Positions 19,541 through 28,847 of a stretch of DNA of 64,000 nt are shown here, in pieces. Every line of letters begins with the position of its first letter. Within the stretch, counting starts at the first letter, position 1. Where the stretch lies: contig CAVYRH010000019.1 of assembly GCA_963770835.1 (NCBI GenBank), forward strand, positions 192,001 to 256,000. The letters run 5' to 3'. The position numbers and the translations under genes are program-made. Source of the DNA: an uncultured Pseudomonadota bacterium. Its GTDB lineage: Bacteria > Oederibacteriota > Muellerivitia > Muellerivitales > Muellerivitaceae. The notes beneath the pieces are model-generated. The model searched no databases and had not been told where the DNA came from. It saw only the letters and a program-made list of their open reading frames with translations.

Positions 19541-20439
19541 GGAATGAATTTTGCAATTCCCTTGTAAAAGAGGCTTCCCGGCCCGATTTCGTCTTTCTCA
19601 CCGGGGATTTAGGCTTCAACGCCTTGGAACCCTTGCAGAAAGCGGCGGGCGATCGGTTCATCAACGCGGGGGTAGCGGAACAAAACATGGTTTCGGTGGC
19701 CGCGGGGTTGGCCCGAACGGGTTTGAAACCCTGGGTTTACAGCATCGCCCCCTTCGTTTTCGCCCGCCCCCTGGAACAGGTCCGCAACGACATTTGCCTT
19801 CACGACTTGCCCGTGAAGCTCGTGGGGAACGGCGGGGGATATGCTTATGGTGTGATGGGTGCCAGCCACCACGCCATCGAGGATTACGGTATCCTGCTTT
19901 CCCTCCTGAACATGCGCGTTTTCATCCCGGCTTTCGGTTCGGACATCGCCCCCATGGTGGAAAAGCTCATGGCCTTGGACCATCCGGCCTATTTCCGGCT
20001 GGGCCGGGATGAAAGACCCAAGGATTTGGATGTTCCGACTTATGCTCCCTGGCGTAGAATCCTCAAGGGCAAAGGTCCGGCGCTTTTGATGGCGGGCCCC
20101 CTGGCAGGTGGGATTTTGGGGGGTTTAAAAAACCTCCCCGAGCCTAAACGCCCCAATGCCTGGGTCCTGACCGAACTGCCCTTGGAGGAGCACGCCATCC
20201 CCCCCGATTTTCTGGACGATTTAAGCCAATCCGGTCATCTCATGGTTGTGGAAGAGCATGTCGCCCATGGGGGCCTGGGCGAGGCCCTCAGCCGGTGCCT
20301 CCTGCTCCTGGGAAAAACGCCCCGGCGCTTCTCCCATTATTTCGCCAAGGGTTACCTCTCGGGCTTTTACGGTTCCCAGCAATTCCACCGGGAGGAATGC
20401 GGTTTGACCGCAGATCAAATATTGAAAGACCTGGAATGA
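19537..20439 (+). CDS. Transketolase-like enzyme, C-terminal (pyrimidine-binding) subunit
   Basis: ATGA overlap with the upstream gene. FLTGDLG, FINAGVAEQNMVSVAAGLA, EQVRND, SHHAIED, PAYFRLG, VEEHVAHGGLG. Confidence 0.93.
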   Translation: MRNEFCNSLVKEASRPDFVFLTGDLGFNALEPLQKAAGDRFINAGVAEQNMVSVAAGLARTGLKPWVYSIAPFVFARPLEQVRNDICLHDLPVKLVGNGGGYAYGVMGASHHAIEDYGILLSLLNMRVFIPAFGSDIAPMVEKLMALDHPAYFRLGRDERPKDLDVPTYAPWRRILKGKGPALLMAGPLAGGILGGLKNLPEPKRPNAWVLTELPLEEHAIPPDFLDDLSQSGHLMVVEEHVAHGGLGEALSRCLLLLGKTPRRFSHYFAKGYLSGFYGSQQFHREECGLTADQILKDLE

Positions 20440-22397
20440 CGGAAATTTTCGAGGAAAAAATTAAACCCATCCCCGGACCCATCCTGGTTTTGGGGGCCAG
20501 CGGATTTATTGGGGCCAATTTGCTGGGACGGATCCTCCAGTACCGGGAGGATGCTTACGGGACCTTCTTTCACACCCCCGCTTGGCGGCTGGAAGGCCTT
20601 CCCTCCAAGAATCTTTCCCAAGTGGACCTGCTGGTCGATTCCAACCTGGATTTCCTCCTGGACAGCCTCCGTCCCAAAACGGTTTTCAATTGTGTCGCTT
20701 ATGGGGCTTATTCCTTTGAAACCGACAACGACCTGATTTACCAAACAAACTTCATGCTGACCGAAAAGCTGCTCCATCGCTTGGCGGCCAGGGAGATCGC
20801 CTATTATGTGCACGCGGGCAGTTCTTCCGAGTACGGTGAAAACGCCTCCGGGCCCCTCGAGACCGTCCTGCCGTCCCCCAACAGTGATTACGCCGTTTCC
20901 AAAGTAGCGGTCGCCAACCTGCTGTTTTTCTATGGGAAGCAAAAGAAACTTCCTTGTGCCAACCTGAGGCTTTATTCCGTCTACGGCCCTTTGGAAGACT
21001 CCTCCCGGCTGATCCCCAATATCGTTCGCGCGGGGCTGGAGGGAAGATATCCCGAATTGGTGAGCCCCGATATATCCCGGGATTTTGTTTATATCGACGA
21101 TGTTTGCGAGGCCTTCTTGGACACGGCATTGAACCTGAAGCCGGCCCACTACGGCGATTCCTTTAATATCGGGAGCGGGCGCAAAACCACGATCGGCGAC
21201 GTGGTTAAAACCGCCGCGGGGATTTTCGGAATCCAGGGCCAGCCTTCGTTCAATTCCATGCCGAACCGGAAATGGGATGTCAGCGACTGGTTCGCCGATA
21301 CCGGGAAGACAAAAAAAATACTCGGTTGGGAAGCCCGTACCCCCTTCGGCGACGGGCTCCGCTCGACCGCCGAATGGTACAAAACCCTGGAGGACAAGGA
21401 AAAATACCGGAAATCCTCCAAACAATTCGAGCTGGACACCAAGCACAGCGTCTCCGCCGTTATCGCCTGCTACAAGGACGGCCAGGCCATTCCCATCATG
21501 TACGAGCGGCTCAAACAAACCTTCGGCAAGCTCAAAGTCGATTACGAGATCATCTTCGTCAACGATAACAGCCCGGACAACAGTGAGGAAATTATTTTGG
21601 ACCTCTCCCGGAAGGACCGCAGGGTGATCGGCGTCTCTCATTCCAGGAATTTTGGGTCCCAGGCAGCCTTCCGCAGCGGCCTGGAACTGGCCACCAAGAA
21701 CGCCTGCGTTCTCCTGGACGGCGACCTTCAGGACCCGCCCGAAATCATCGAACAATTCGTCGGGAAATGGCGCGAGGGATACGATGTGGTTTACGGGCGG
21801 CGGGTCAAACGGGACGCCCCTTTTTACATGCAGTTGGCCTATAAGCTCTTTTACCGTATTTTCCAGTATTTTTCCTATCTTCCCATCCCCCGGGACGCGG
21901 GCGATTTCTCCCTACTGGACCGCCGGGTGGTCCGCGCCATCCTGAGGTTCCCGGAACGGGATTTCTTCTTAAGGGGAATCCGGGCCTATGTGGGCTATAA
22001 GCAAACCGGGGTGGATTATGTGCGCCCCGAGCGGCTTTTCGGAAAGTCCACGAACAACCTTTTCAAGAACCTGGATTGGGCCAAAAAGGGGATTCTGTCC
22101 TACAGTTACACGCCCTTAACCATCGTCAGTTTTGCCGGTTCCATGTTATTTTTGGCGAGCGTAGTGCTGGCGGTCCTGCAGATCGTCCTGCGGATTCTTT
22201 TCCCTGATTTGGCGCCCAAGGGGGCGACCACGGTCATCCTGGCCGTTCTTTTCTTCGGCTCCATCAACTTGTTCGCCCTCGCCATCCTGGGAGAGTACAT
22301 CGCGAAAATATTCGAGGAAGTCAAACAACGGCCGCCCTTCGTGCGCCGGAACATCATCCGGGACGGCGAAGCCCGGTCGGTCGTCGAGCATTCTTAG
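20436..22397 (+). CDS. Fusion: NAD-dependent sugar epimerase/reductase plus GT2 polyprenyl-phosphate glycosyltransferase (GtrB/ArnC-like)
   Basis: ATGA overlap. GASGFIG, GSSSEYG and YAVSK (YxxxK) are followed by VSAVIACY, IFVNDNSPD, SRNFGSQAA, LDGDLQDPPE, GDFSLLDR, two TMs and GEYIAKIFEEVKQRP. Confidence 0.92.
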   Translation: MTEIFEEKIKPIPGPILVLGASGFIGANLLGRILQYREDAYGTFFHTPAWRLEGLPSKNLSQVDLLVDSNLDFLLDSLRPKTVFNCVAYGAYSFETDNDLIYQTNFMLTEKLLHRLAAREIAYYVHAGSSSEYGENASGPLETVLPSPNSDYAVSKVAVANLLFFYGKQKKLPCANLRLYSVYGPLEDSSRLIPNIVRAGLEGRYPELVSPDISRDFVYIDDVCEAFLDTALNLKPAHYGDSFNIGSGRKTTIGDVVKTAAGIFGIQGQPSFNSMPNRKWDVSDWFADTGKTKKILGWEARTPFGDGLRSTAEWYKTLEDKEKYRKSSKQFELDTKHSVSAVIACYKDGQAIPIMYERLKQTFGKLKVDYEIIFVNDNSPDNSEEIILDLSRKDRRVIGVSHSRNFGSQAAFRSGLELATKNACVLLDGDLQDPPEIIEQFVGKWREGYDVVYGRRVKRDAPFYMQLAYKLFYRIFQYFSYLPIPRDAGDFSLLDRRVVRAILRFPERDFFLRGIRAYVGYKQTGVDYVRPERLFGKSTNNLFKNLDWAKKGILSYSYTPLTIVSFAGSMLFLASVVLAVLQIVLRILFPDLAPKGATTVILAVLFFGSINLFALAILGEYIAKIFEEVKQRPPFVRRNIIRDGEARSVVEHS

Positions 22398-22451
22398 GGC
22401 TCTGGTTGAGTTTCGGAAGTTTCCGGTGGTTCAGGTTCTGATTCCAAAGAG

Positions 22452-23279
22452 GTGAAGATGCCCAGTTCCATCCACGAGCGTAAAAACCTTCTTCACGTGG
22501 AGAAAGAACACTGGAAGCCGCCCGTTTATTCAAGCGACGGGGGTCCGGTTCAGCGGCTTAAAATTCACCTCTTCCGTTTTCTCGATTTGCAATCGGGGAC
22601 CATATGGAGTGATCTTTCCAAGATATTGCCCGGGGTGAGGGGGGCGGTTTTGGACGTGGGTTGCGGCATCCAACCCTTCCGGCACATGTTTTCACCGGAA
22701 GTCCGTTATACCGGTGTCGATACGGTGGATTCCAAGGCTCATTTCGGGTACGAGGCTCCCGATACGCTTTATTATTCCGGGGACATTTGGCCCGTTTCGA
22801 ACCAATCGGCGGATTTCATCCTTTGCACCGAAACCCTGGAACATATCCCGGAACCTTCCGTCTTTTTAGGGGAGGCTTTACGCGCCCTCAAGCCGGGGGG
22901 CCGGATCCTCTTAACCGTGCCCTTCGCGGCCCGCTGGCATTTCATCCCTTACGATTATTGGCGCTACACTCCCTCGGGGTTGGACCGTCTCCTCCAAAAG
23001 GCGGGTTTTACCCGGACCCAGGTTTTCGCCCGGGGCAACCAAATGACCGTTGCTTGTTACAAAATCATGGCTTTCCTGTTCGCCCTCTTATTGCCGGTTC
23101 ATCCCAGCATTTTCGTAAGGGGAGTTTCCAGGTTCCTGGGTTTCCTTTCCCTTCCCCTGCTTTTCGTCACGGCTCTCGCGGCGAATCTCACGAGGGGGAT
23201 TGATGGATCGGTGGATTGCCTGGGCTACACAGTTTTGTCCGAGCGCCCCGCGGCTCCCGCCCCCGGCGGAAAACCATGA
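22452..23279 (+). CDS. Class I SAM-dependent methyltransferase (Methyltransf_11-like)
   Basis: VLDVGCG, LCTETLEHIPEP, LKPGGRILLTVPF, HFIPYDYWRYTPSGL. Start is GTG 22452 or ATG 22458. Confidence 0.88.
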   Translation: MKMPSSIHERKNLLHVEKEHWKPPVYSSDGGPVQRLKIHLFRFLDLQSGTIWSDLSKILPGVRGAVLDVGCGIQPFRHMFSPEVRYTGVDTVDSKAHFGYEAPDTLYYSGDIWPVSNQSADFILCTETLEHIPEPSVFLGEALRALKPGGRILLTVPFAARWHFIPYDYWRYTPSGLDRLLQKAGFTRTQVFARGNQMTVACYKIMAFLFALLLPVHPSIFVRGVSRFLGFLSLPLLFVTALAANLTRGIDGSVDCLGYTVLSERPAAPAPGGKP

Positions 23280-24193
23280 AAAAAAAGGTCCAAATGGTGC
23301 GCCGGGCCTGTCCTCTTTGTTCCTCCCGGGACGATTCCAAAGTCTTCGCCGAGGAAAATTTCGACCCTCAAAAGCTGGATGCTTTTGCCTTTTCTTCCCG
23401 GAAAATACCTGAACACATGTATTACCGAATGGTCATTTGCCCCGTTTGCGACCTTCTTTATTCCAGTCCCCTGCCCACCCCAGGCTCCATTTCCAGGGGA
23501 TACGAGGAAGCGGCTTTTGACGCTTCCGAGGAGTCCCAGTACGCGGCCCGCACCTACGGCCGATTCTTAAAGGGCATCGTGGAAAATATACCCTCAACCA
23601 TGGGGGCCCTGGATATCGGCACGGGCGACGGGGCATTCCTGGGCGAGCTTTTAAGCAAAGGATTCACCGGGGTCGTGGGGGTAGAGCCTTCGAAGGCCCC
23701 GGTCAGGTCCGCCCAAAAAAACATCCGGCCCCTGATCTGGAACAAGCCGTTCAAGGCCGTCGACTTTAAAAAAAGCAGCTTGAACCTGGTTTCCTGTTTC
23801 CAGACCTTTGAGCATCTTGACGACCCCCTGGAGTTGAGCCGGAGCGCCCACCGCCTGTTGAAAAAAGGGGGAGCTTTCCTCGTTGTTTCCCACAACCGGG
23901 AATCCCTCTCCGCCAGGTTGCTGGGGATGAAATCCCCTATCTATGACATCCAACACCTTCAGCTTTTTTCACCCCGAAGCATTAAATACCTGTTCGAGAA
24001 ATCCGGGTTTGTTCGGGTGGAGGTTAAAGTCATCCTCAATCGCTATCCCCTCCACTATTGGGTGAAGCTGTTACCTTTCCCCAAAAAAATGAAATTGGCC
24101 CTCATTCCTATCTTGAAAAAGACAGGACTGGGTTACATTCCCATCCCCCTGCCCGCCGGTAATATGCTGGTGGTTGGATATAAGGAAGGCTGA
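23276..24193 (+). CDS. Class I SAM-dependent methyltransferase with N-terminal Cys4 zinc motif (sugar methyltransferase-like)
   Basis: ATG 23276 overlaps the previous stop. CPLC...CPVC, LDIGTGDG, GVEPS, FQTFEHLDDP, QHLQLFS. Confidence 0.85.
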   Translation: MKKKVQMVRRACPLCSSRDDSKVFAEENFDPQKLDAFAFSSRKIPEHMYYRMVICPVCDLLYSSPLPTPGSISRGYEEAAFDASEESQYAARTYGRFLKGIVENIPSTMGALDIGTGDGAFLGELLSKGFTGVVGVEPSKAPVRSAQKNIRPLIWNKPFKAVDFKKSSLNLVSCFQTFEHLDDPLELSRSAHRLLKKGGAFLVVSHNRESLSARLLGMKSPIYDIQHLQLFSPRSIKYLFEKSGFVRVEVKVILNRYPLHYWVKLLPFPKKMKLALIPILKKTGLGYIPIPLPAGNMLVVGYKEG

Positions 24194-24524
24194 TCCCCGC
24201 CTTCCTCCAATGGCTCCGCTTGTCCCAGAGGAGCTGGACCGGCGGGCAATCGGCGCTGGAATTGCCGTCGGAGAGCGATATAATCAAGCGGGCACTGTCT
24301 CCCGGGTCCGGGGGAATTTGCGACTGGATTTTCTTTTATTTCCTTTAGTTTCAAGACATTTCGCCTCATACCCGTTCCGGAGCTTTAGGGCCTGGAGTTG
24401 GGCCTTTCGAAACCCCGCCTGGGGAAAAATAGGCCCCAGGCCGTTTCATGGGTTGGGTTTATCTCCTGTCTTCGTTTTGGGATGCCGGGCTTGGCCGTTT
24501 ATATTTTTCGACCGGAGGTTTCTT

Positions 24525-26744
24525 TTGCTAAAAAACAAGGTTCTTTTCCCCTTTATGTTCCTGACGTTCTTCTTCTCCGGATTTTGCGGCCTGCTTTACC
24601 AAATCGTCTGGGTGCGCCTGGCTTACGCCACCTACGGGGTCAACACCCCCGTCCTTTCCGTCGTCATTTCCATCTTCATGGCGGGCCTGGCCGTCGGATC
24701 CTGGTTGGCGGGAATCACCGTCTCCCGGATCGTCGGAAGGTTCAAACTGTCGGCGATCTTTCTCTACGCCCTGGCCGAATTCCTGATCGGGGTGGGCGCT
24801 TTTGTGGTTCCAAGGCTTTTCACCTTCGGCGGGAACGCCCTCTTGAAGCTGGGCGAAATGAATTCGTTGGGCTACCTGCTGGCTTCCGCGGCCTGCATCG
24901 TGGTTTCTATTCTTCCCTTTTGCGTCTTCATGGGTGCCACCTTCCCCCTCATGATGGCCTTTGTGAAGGAAAACTTCCCCTCCAACACCACCAGTTTCAG
25001 CTTTCTTTACGTGGCCAATGTTTTAGGGGCCCTGGCCGGGACTTTCCTGACCGTCATGTGCCTTATCGAGTTTTTCGGTTTTTCGGGGACACTCGTCATC
25101 GGCGCCGGGATCAATTTTATGGTGGCCTTGCTGGGCGTCCTCTTGGGCTTGGGTTCCCCGGCACTGAAAACCTCCTCCAAAACGGCAAAAAAGAGCAAGG
25201 CAGCAGTGAAAACCCCGGCCTTTTGGACGCCGGCCACCCAATCGGTGGTTTCCCTGCTTTTCCTCACGGGTTTCAGCTCCATGGCCATGGAAGTGGTTTG
25301 GACCAGGGCTTTCATCCCCATCATCAAGAACGAGGTTTATTCCTTCGGCATGATCCTTTTCGTGTATCTTTTGTCGACCTGGCTGGGTTCCCTGGTTTAC
25401 CGTGGTAAATTGGCCTTCGGCGGGAAATACACCAACGAAATTCTCCTGGCTTGGGTGGCCGTTTCTTCGCTTTTTCCCGTTGTATTCAGCGACCCGCGTT
25501 TCAATAAATCAGTCATCGGTATACTCCTTACGATCGTCCCTTTTTGCGCCCTGTTAGGGTTCCTGACCCCAAAACTAGTGGATGATATCTCACGTGGAAA
25601 CCCTGAGAATGCCGGAAAAGCCTATGCGGTCAATGTGATCGGGTGCATTTTTGGACCCCTTTTCGCTTCCTACTGCCTTCTTCCCTGGCTCGGCGTGAGG
25701 CTGTCCTTGGTGCTCTTGGCGCTGCCTTTCCTCGTCTTGGTCCTAAGGCGGCGGAAGGCTCTTTCCCCCCGGGGCCTGGCCGTGCCGGCGGCAGCGGTTG
25801 TCCTGATGCTCGTTTCCACCTTCATCAGCCAAAGCTATGAGACACTGGAAGATGGGATCGTGAGGCGGGATTACACGGCCACCGTGATCAACAACGGCTC
25901 GGGCCAAGATCGCATGCTCTTCGTCAACGGCATCCGCATGACGGCCCTCATAACCACCACCAAGTTCATGGCTCATATCCCCTTAGCCCTGCTGGACCAC
26001 AAGCCGGAAAACGCCCTGACCATTTGCCTGGGCATGGGCGGGACTTTCCGATCCTTGTTGAGTTGGGGCATCCCGGCAACGGCGGTTGAACTGACCCCCA
26101 GCGTGAGGGATTCCTTCGGCTTCTTTTTCAGCGACGCGGATACCCTGTTGAAGGAACCGGGGGCCAAGATCGTCGTCGATGACGGGCGACGGTACCTCAA
26201 GCGCACGAACGAGCTTTATGACGTCATCACCGTGGACCCTCCCCCGCCGCCCCAAGCCGCGGGTTGCAGCCTTCTTTTGTCCAAGGAATTCTTCAGCGCC
26301 GTGAAGACCCACCTAAAGAAGGGCGGGCTCTTCCAGATCTGGTACTACGGAGATCCCTACTTCACCGAAGGGGCCTTTTACCGGTCCATCCTGGAGTCCT
26401 TCCCCTACGTCAAAATCTTCCCCACCAAGCAGGGTGTGGGGGGGTTGTATTTCGTGGCTTCCATGGACCCCATCCAGGTGCCTTCGCCGGAGGATCTGGT
26501 CGCGAAAATTCCGCCGGCCGCCAGGGCGGACATCATGGAGTGGGCCGCGCCCGGACAGTCTTTCGAGGACTACACCGAGCCCTATTTCATGAATTCCTAT
26601 GATGCCCATTTCCCCAACCCGGACAAGCGCATCGTCATCACCGACGACTGCCCCTACAACGAGTATTACTACATGCGTTTTTATTATCCGAACTTGACGA
26701 ATTGGGTGATGGACCACACCAAGTGGAGAACAGCTTCGCAATAA
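24525..26744 (+). CDS. Fused membrane (MFS-like) / spermidine synthase-like SAM-binding protein
   Basis: TTG 24525 after GGAGG. FFSGFCGLLYQIVWVR, MGATFPLM, FLYVANVLGALAG and a second repeat GFSSMAMEVVWTR, then ICLGMGGT, AVEL, VDDGRRYL, YDVITVDPPPP. Confidence 0.85.
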   Translation: MLKNKVLFPFMFLTFFFSGFCGLLYQIVWVRLAYATYGVNTPVLSVVISIFMAGLAVGSWLAGITVSRIVGRFKLSAIFLYALAEFLIGVGAFVVPRLFTFGGNALLKLGEMNSLGYLLASAACIVVSILPFCVFMGATFPLMMAFVKENFPSNTTSFSFLYVANVLGALAGTFLTVMCLIEFFGFSGTLVIGAGINFMVALLGVLLGLGSPALKTSSKTAKKSKAAVKTPAFWTPATQSVVSLLFLTGFSSMAMEVVWTRAFIPIIKNEVYSFGMILFVYLLSTWLGSLVYRGKLAFGGKYTNEILLAWVAVSSLFPVVFSDPRFNKSVIGILLTIVPFCALLGFLTPKLVDDISRGNPENAGKAYAVNVIGCIFGPLFASYCLLPWLGVRLSLVLLALPFLVLVLRRRKALSPRGLAVPAAAVVLMLVSTFISQSYETLEDGIVRRDYTATVINNGSGQDRMLFVNGIRMTALITTTKFMAHIPLALLDHKPENALTICLGMGGTFRSLLSWGIPATAVELTPSVRDSFGFFFSDADTLLKEPGAKIVVDDGRRYLKRTNELYDVITVDPPPPPQAAGCSLLLSKEFFSAVKTHLKKGGLFQIWYYGDPYFTEGAFYRSILESFPYVKIFPTKQGVGGLYFVASMDPIQVPSPEDLVAKIPPAARADIMEWAAPGQSFEDYTEPYFMNSYDAHFPNPDKRIVITDDCPYNEYYYMRFYYPNLTNWVMDHTKWRTASQ

Positions 26745-26821
26745 GGGCGGGGACTCCGGGGAAAGTTACGGAAACTTCGGGGGAAAACAGGTTTAGCGGC
26801 TATCAAAACCGGCGGGGCCCC

Positions 26822-27910
26822 TCAAGCAGCCTTGCCGGAGCTGGCCTTCCAATCCGGATTCTTTTTGGCAGTGGCGTAAAGAAGCAGGCCATTCACTACA
26901 AATACCCTGTTTAGGATAAAGCCGTTTTCCGCCAGTGTATTTTTTAGGCGCGTCTTGGTGAAATGGTGGATATGGCCACAGCGGTATTTATGGTAGACAC
27001 TCCCTTTGACATAGCCCATCCAAAGGCAGTTCAGATTGTAAAGGACGAAAAAGGGGCCCAAGAAGAAATCGTAGGGGACTGTGATGAGGAAGGTGCCATT
27101 GTCCTTGAGGATACGCCTCACTTCCCCCAGGGTTTCGGCGTGGTTGAAGACGTGTTCCAGCACCTCGGACATCAGCACCACATCGAAGCTCTTGGCCTTC
27201 AGCCCCGTCTTGGAGAGGTCCGCCGCCGCCTTGAAATCGGCCAGGCGCTTGTTCTTCTTGGCCCAGGCGAGCATCTTCCGGTTGATATCCACCCCGAAAA
27301 CGGGGAGGTGGTGGATGTTCCAACGGCAGTTGCCGCACCCCAGGTCCGCCATCCTCATGCCCTTCTTGAACGACTCGGACACGAACTTCGTCAGGCGCTC
27401 ATAGCGGGAACGGTGGTACCAGGCCCGGAATTTGCTCACCTTGGTCTCGTCCGACATGTCGTCGTAATATTCCCCCTTCAGTTCGATGTACTCTACCTCG
27501 GCCATCTTGGCCGAGCTGAAGGTGGAGATGCGGTTCAAAAGCGCGTTGGAGGCGGCCAGGATGAAAAGGCAGGTCACCACGGCCAACCGCAGTTCGAGAT
27601 GGAGCTGGGATTGGAAGAACCAGAGCATGACCGCAGCGCCCAGGGACACCCAGAAGCTCATGAAAAGATGCAGACCCCAGGAGGTGCGCATGCGGATCTC
27701 CTGGTTCACGTAAACGACGTTGTAATAGAAGTAATGGAAGACCTGGTTAAGCAGGGTGCCCATGAAAAAGGCAAGATAAGGGTTCCAATCCATCCGGGCA
27801 GCCAGGACCCAGGTTACCCCCAGGTTGACAATGGCTCCCAGCGAACCGCCCAGGAGGAAAATCAGGATGGCCGGATGGCGCCATCTTTGAATGACCGCGT
27901 GCTCGTGCAT
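26822..27910 (-). CDS. Fusion: GtrA-like flippase domain plus class I SAM methyltransferase
   Basis: N-terminal ~125 aa has four hydrophobic helices with a GtrA-like pattern (FLLGGSLGAIVNLGV...GTLLNQVFHY). C-terminal ADLGCGN, GVDIN, FDVVLMSEVLEHV, ILKDNGTFLITVP. Confidence 0.75.
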   Translation of the reverse strand: MHEHAVIQRWRHPAILIFLLGGSLGAIVNLGVTWVLAARMDWNPYLAFFMGTLLNQVFHYFYYNVVYVNQEIRMRTSWGLHLFMSFWVSLGAAVMLWFFQSQLHLELRLAVVTCLFILAASNALLNRISTFSSAKMAEVEYIELKGEYYDDMSDETKVSKFRAWYHRSRYERLTKFVSESFKKGMRMADLGCGNCRWNIHHLPVFGVDINRKMLAWAKKNKRLADFKAAADLSKTGLKAKSFDVVLMSEVLEHVFNHAETLGEVRRILKDNGTFLITVPYDFFLGPFFVLYNLNCLWMGYVKGSVYHKYRCGHIHHFTKTRLKNTLAENGFILNRVFVVNGLLLYATAKKNPDWKASSGKAA

Positions 27911-27913
27911 GGC

Positions 27914-28711
27914 CTAGCCTTTTCGGGCGATGATGAAGTAGCAGGCCCCGGGCCCGCCGTCGGCGTTCAGGGGCTTGCGCAGCCAGTTGGCGGCGAACCA
28001 TTTCACCGGCCCCCGGGGGCCGAAAACCCAGCGGCCGAAGAGTTTTTTCAGGATCTTGGAGGGGAAGGCCAGGATCATCCACCGTTCATAGGTATGGAAG
28101 GTCCTCAAGGGGATGATGTAGTCCGCCGTTTCCAACTTGAGTCCGGCCTTTTTGAGCCGTTTTTCCCAAGTCTTGCGGTCGTCCACGTGGAAATGCTTGA
28201 AGGTCTTGTTGAGCTTGTCCACGTACCACTTGCCCAAGCCCGAAAGGCCAATAGCGGAAAGCACGGTGCGGAAGAAGGAATTGTTGGTGAAGCACTCGCT
28301 GGGCACGGTGATCATCAGCCGGCCCTTGGGCTTGAGGACCCGGTGGATTTCTTTCAAGGCGCCGTCGATGTCGGGGATATGCTCCAGAACGCAGTTGCTG
28401 ATGACCGTCTTGAAGCTCTTGGCGGCAAAGGGCAGTTCGGTGGCGCTGGCGCAAATGGCCTTCTTGTAGCTTTCGCTGGCTACCGCCCTTTTCACCTCAT
28501 CCGGGTCCAGGTCGATGCCCGCTTCCAAGTGGCCGCCAAAAGCCACCCGGGCCAAAAACCCGTCGCCACAGCCGACGTCCAAAACCGGGTGGTCCAGCTT
28601 TTCCTTGGAAAACCTGTGGCATTCCATGGAGCGCCAAAAAGCCATGGCAATGGGCGTCTTTTCCAGGTATTCCCGGAAAAAATCCTCTCGGCTTCTTGAG
28701 CCTGGCTTCAC
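27914..28711 (-). CDS. Class I SAM-dependent methyltransferase
   Basis: GTG 28711 after GGAGG. VLDVGCGDG, GIDLD, LPFAAKSFKTVISNCVLEHIPD, VLKPKGRLMITVP. Confidence 0.88.
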   Translation of the reverse strand: MKPGSRSREDFFREYLEKTPIAMAFWRSMECHRFSKEKLDHPVLDVGCGDGFLARVAFGGHLEAGIDLDPDEVKRAVASESYKKAICASATELPFAAKSFKTVISNCVLEHIPDIDGALKEIHRVLKPKGRLMITVPSECFTNNSFFRTVLSAIGLSGLGKWYVDKLNKTFKHFHVDDRKTWEKRLKKAGLKLETADYIIPLRTFHTYERWMILAFPSKILKKLFGRWVFGPRGPVKWFAANWLRKPLNADGGPGACYFIIARKG

Positions 28712-28847
28712 GGAAACCTCCCTTTTGGACTTGGTGTTGTCCCGAAAACTTGCATAGTTTACCAGCAAATGTTTCTTTGAGCAGCTTTCAGGTAAAAAAT
28801 CACGCCGGATCCACCCAGCGGCGCCTTCTATCAGAGGAAAAATAGGG

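Noticed and set aside
20415..21755. 446-aa minus-strand ORF
   Set aside because: Antisense to the epimerase-GT2 fusion.
24174..24524. Upstream extension of the spermidine-synthase-like ORF, or a possible riboswitch in the spacer
   Set aside because: An RBS-supported TTG at 24525 fits better. Only a weak hairpin is present and I recognise no riboswitch consensus.
26963..28699. 578-aa plus-strand ORF
   Set aside because: Antisense to two in-frame methyltransferase genes; a codon-bias artefact.
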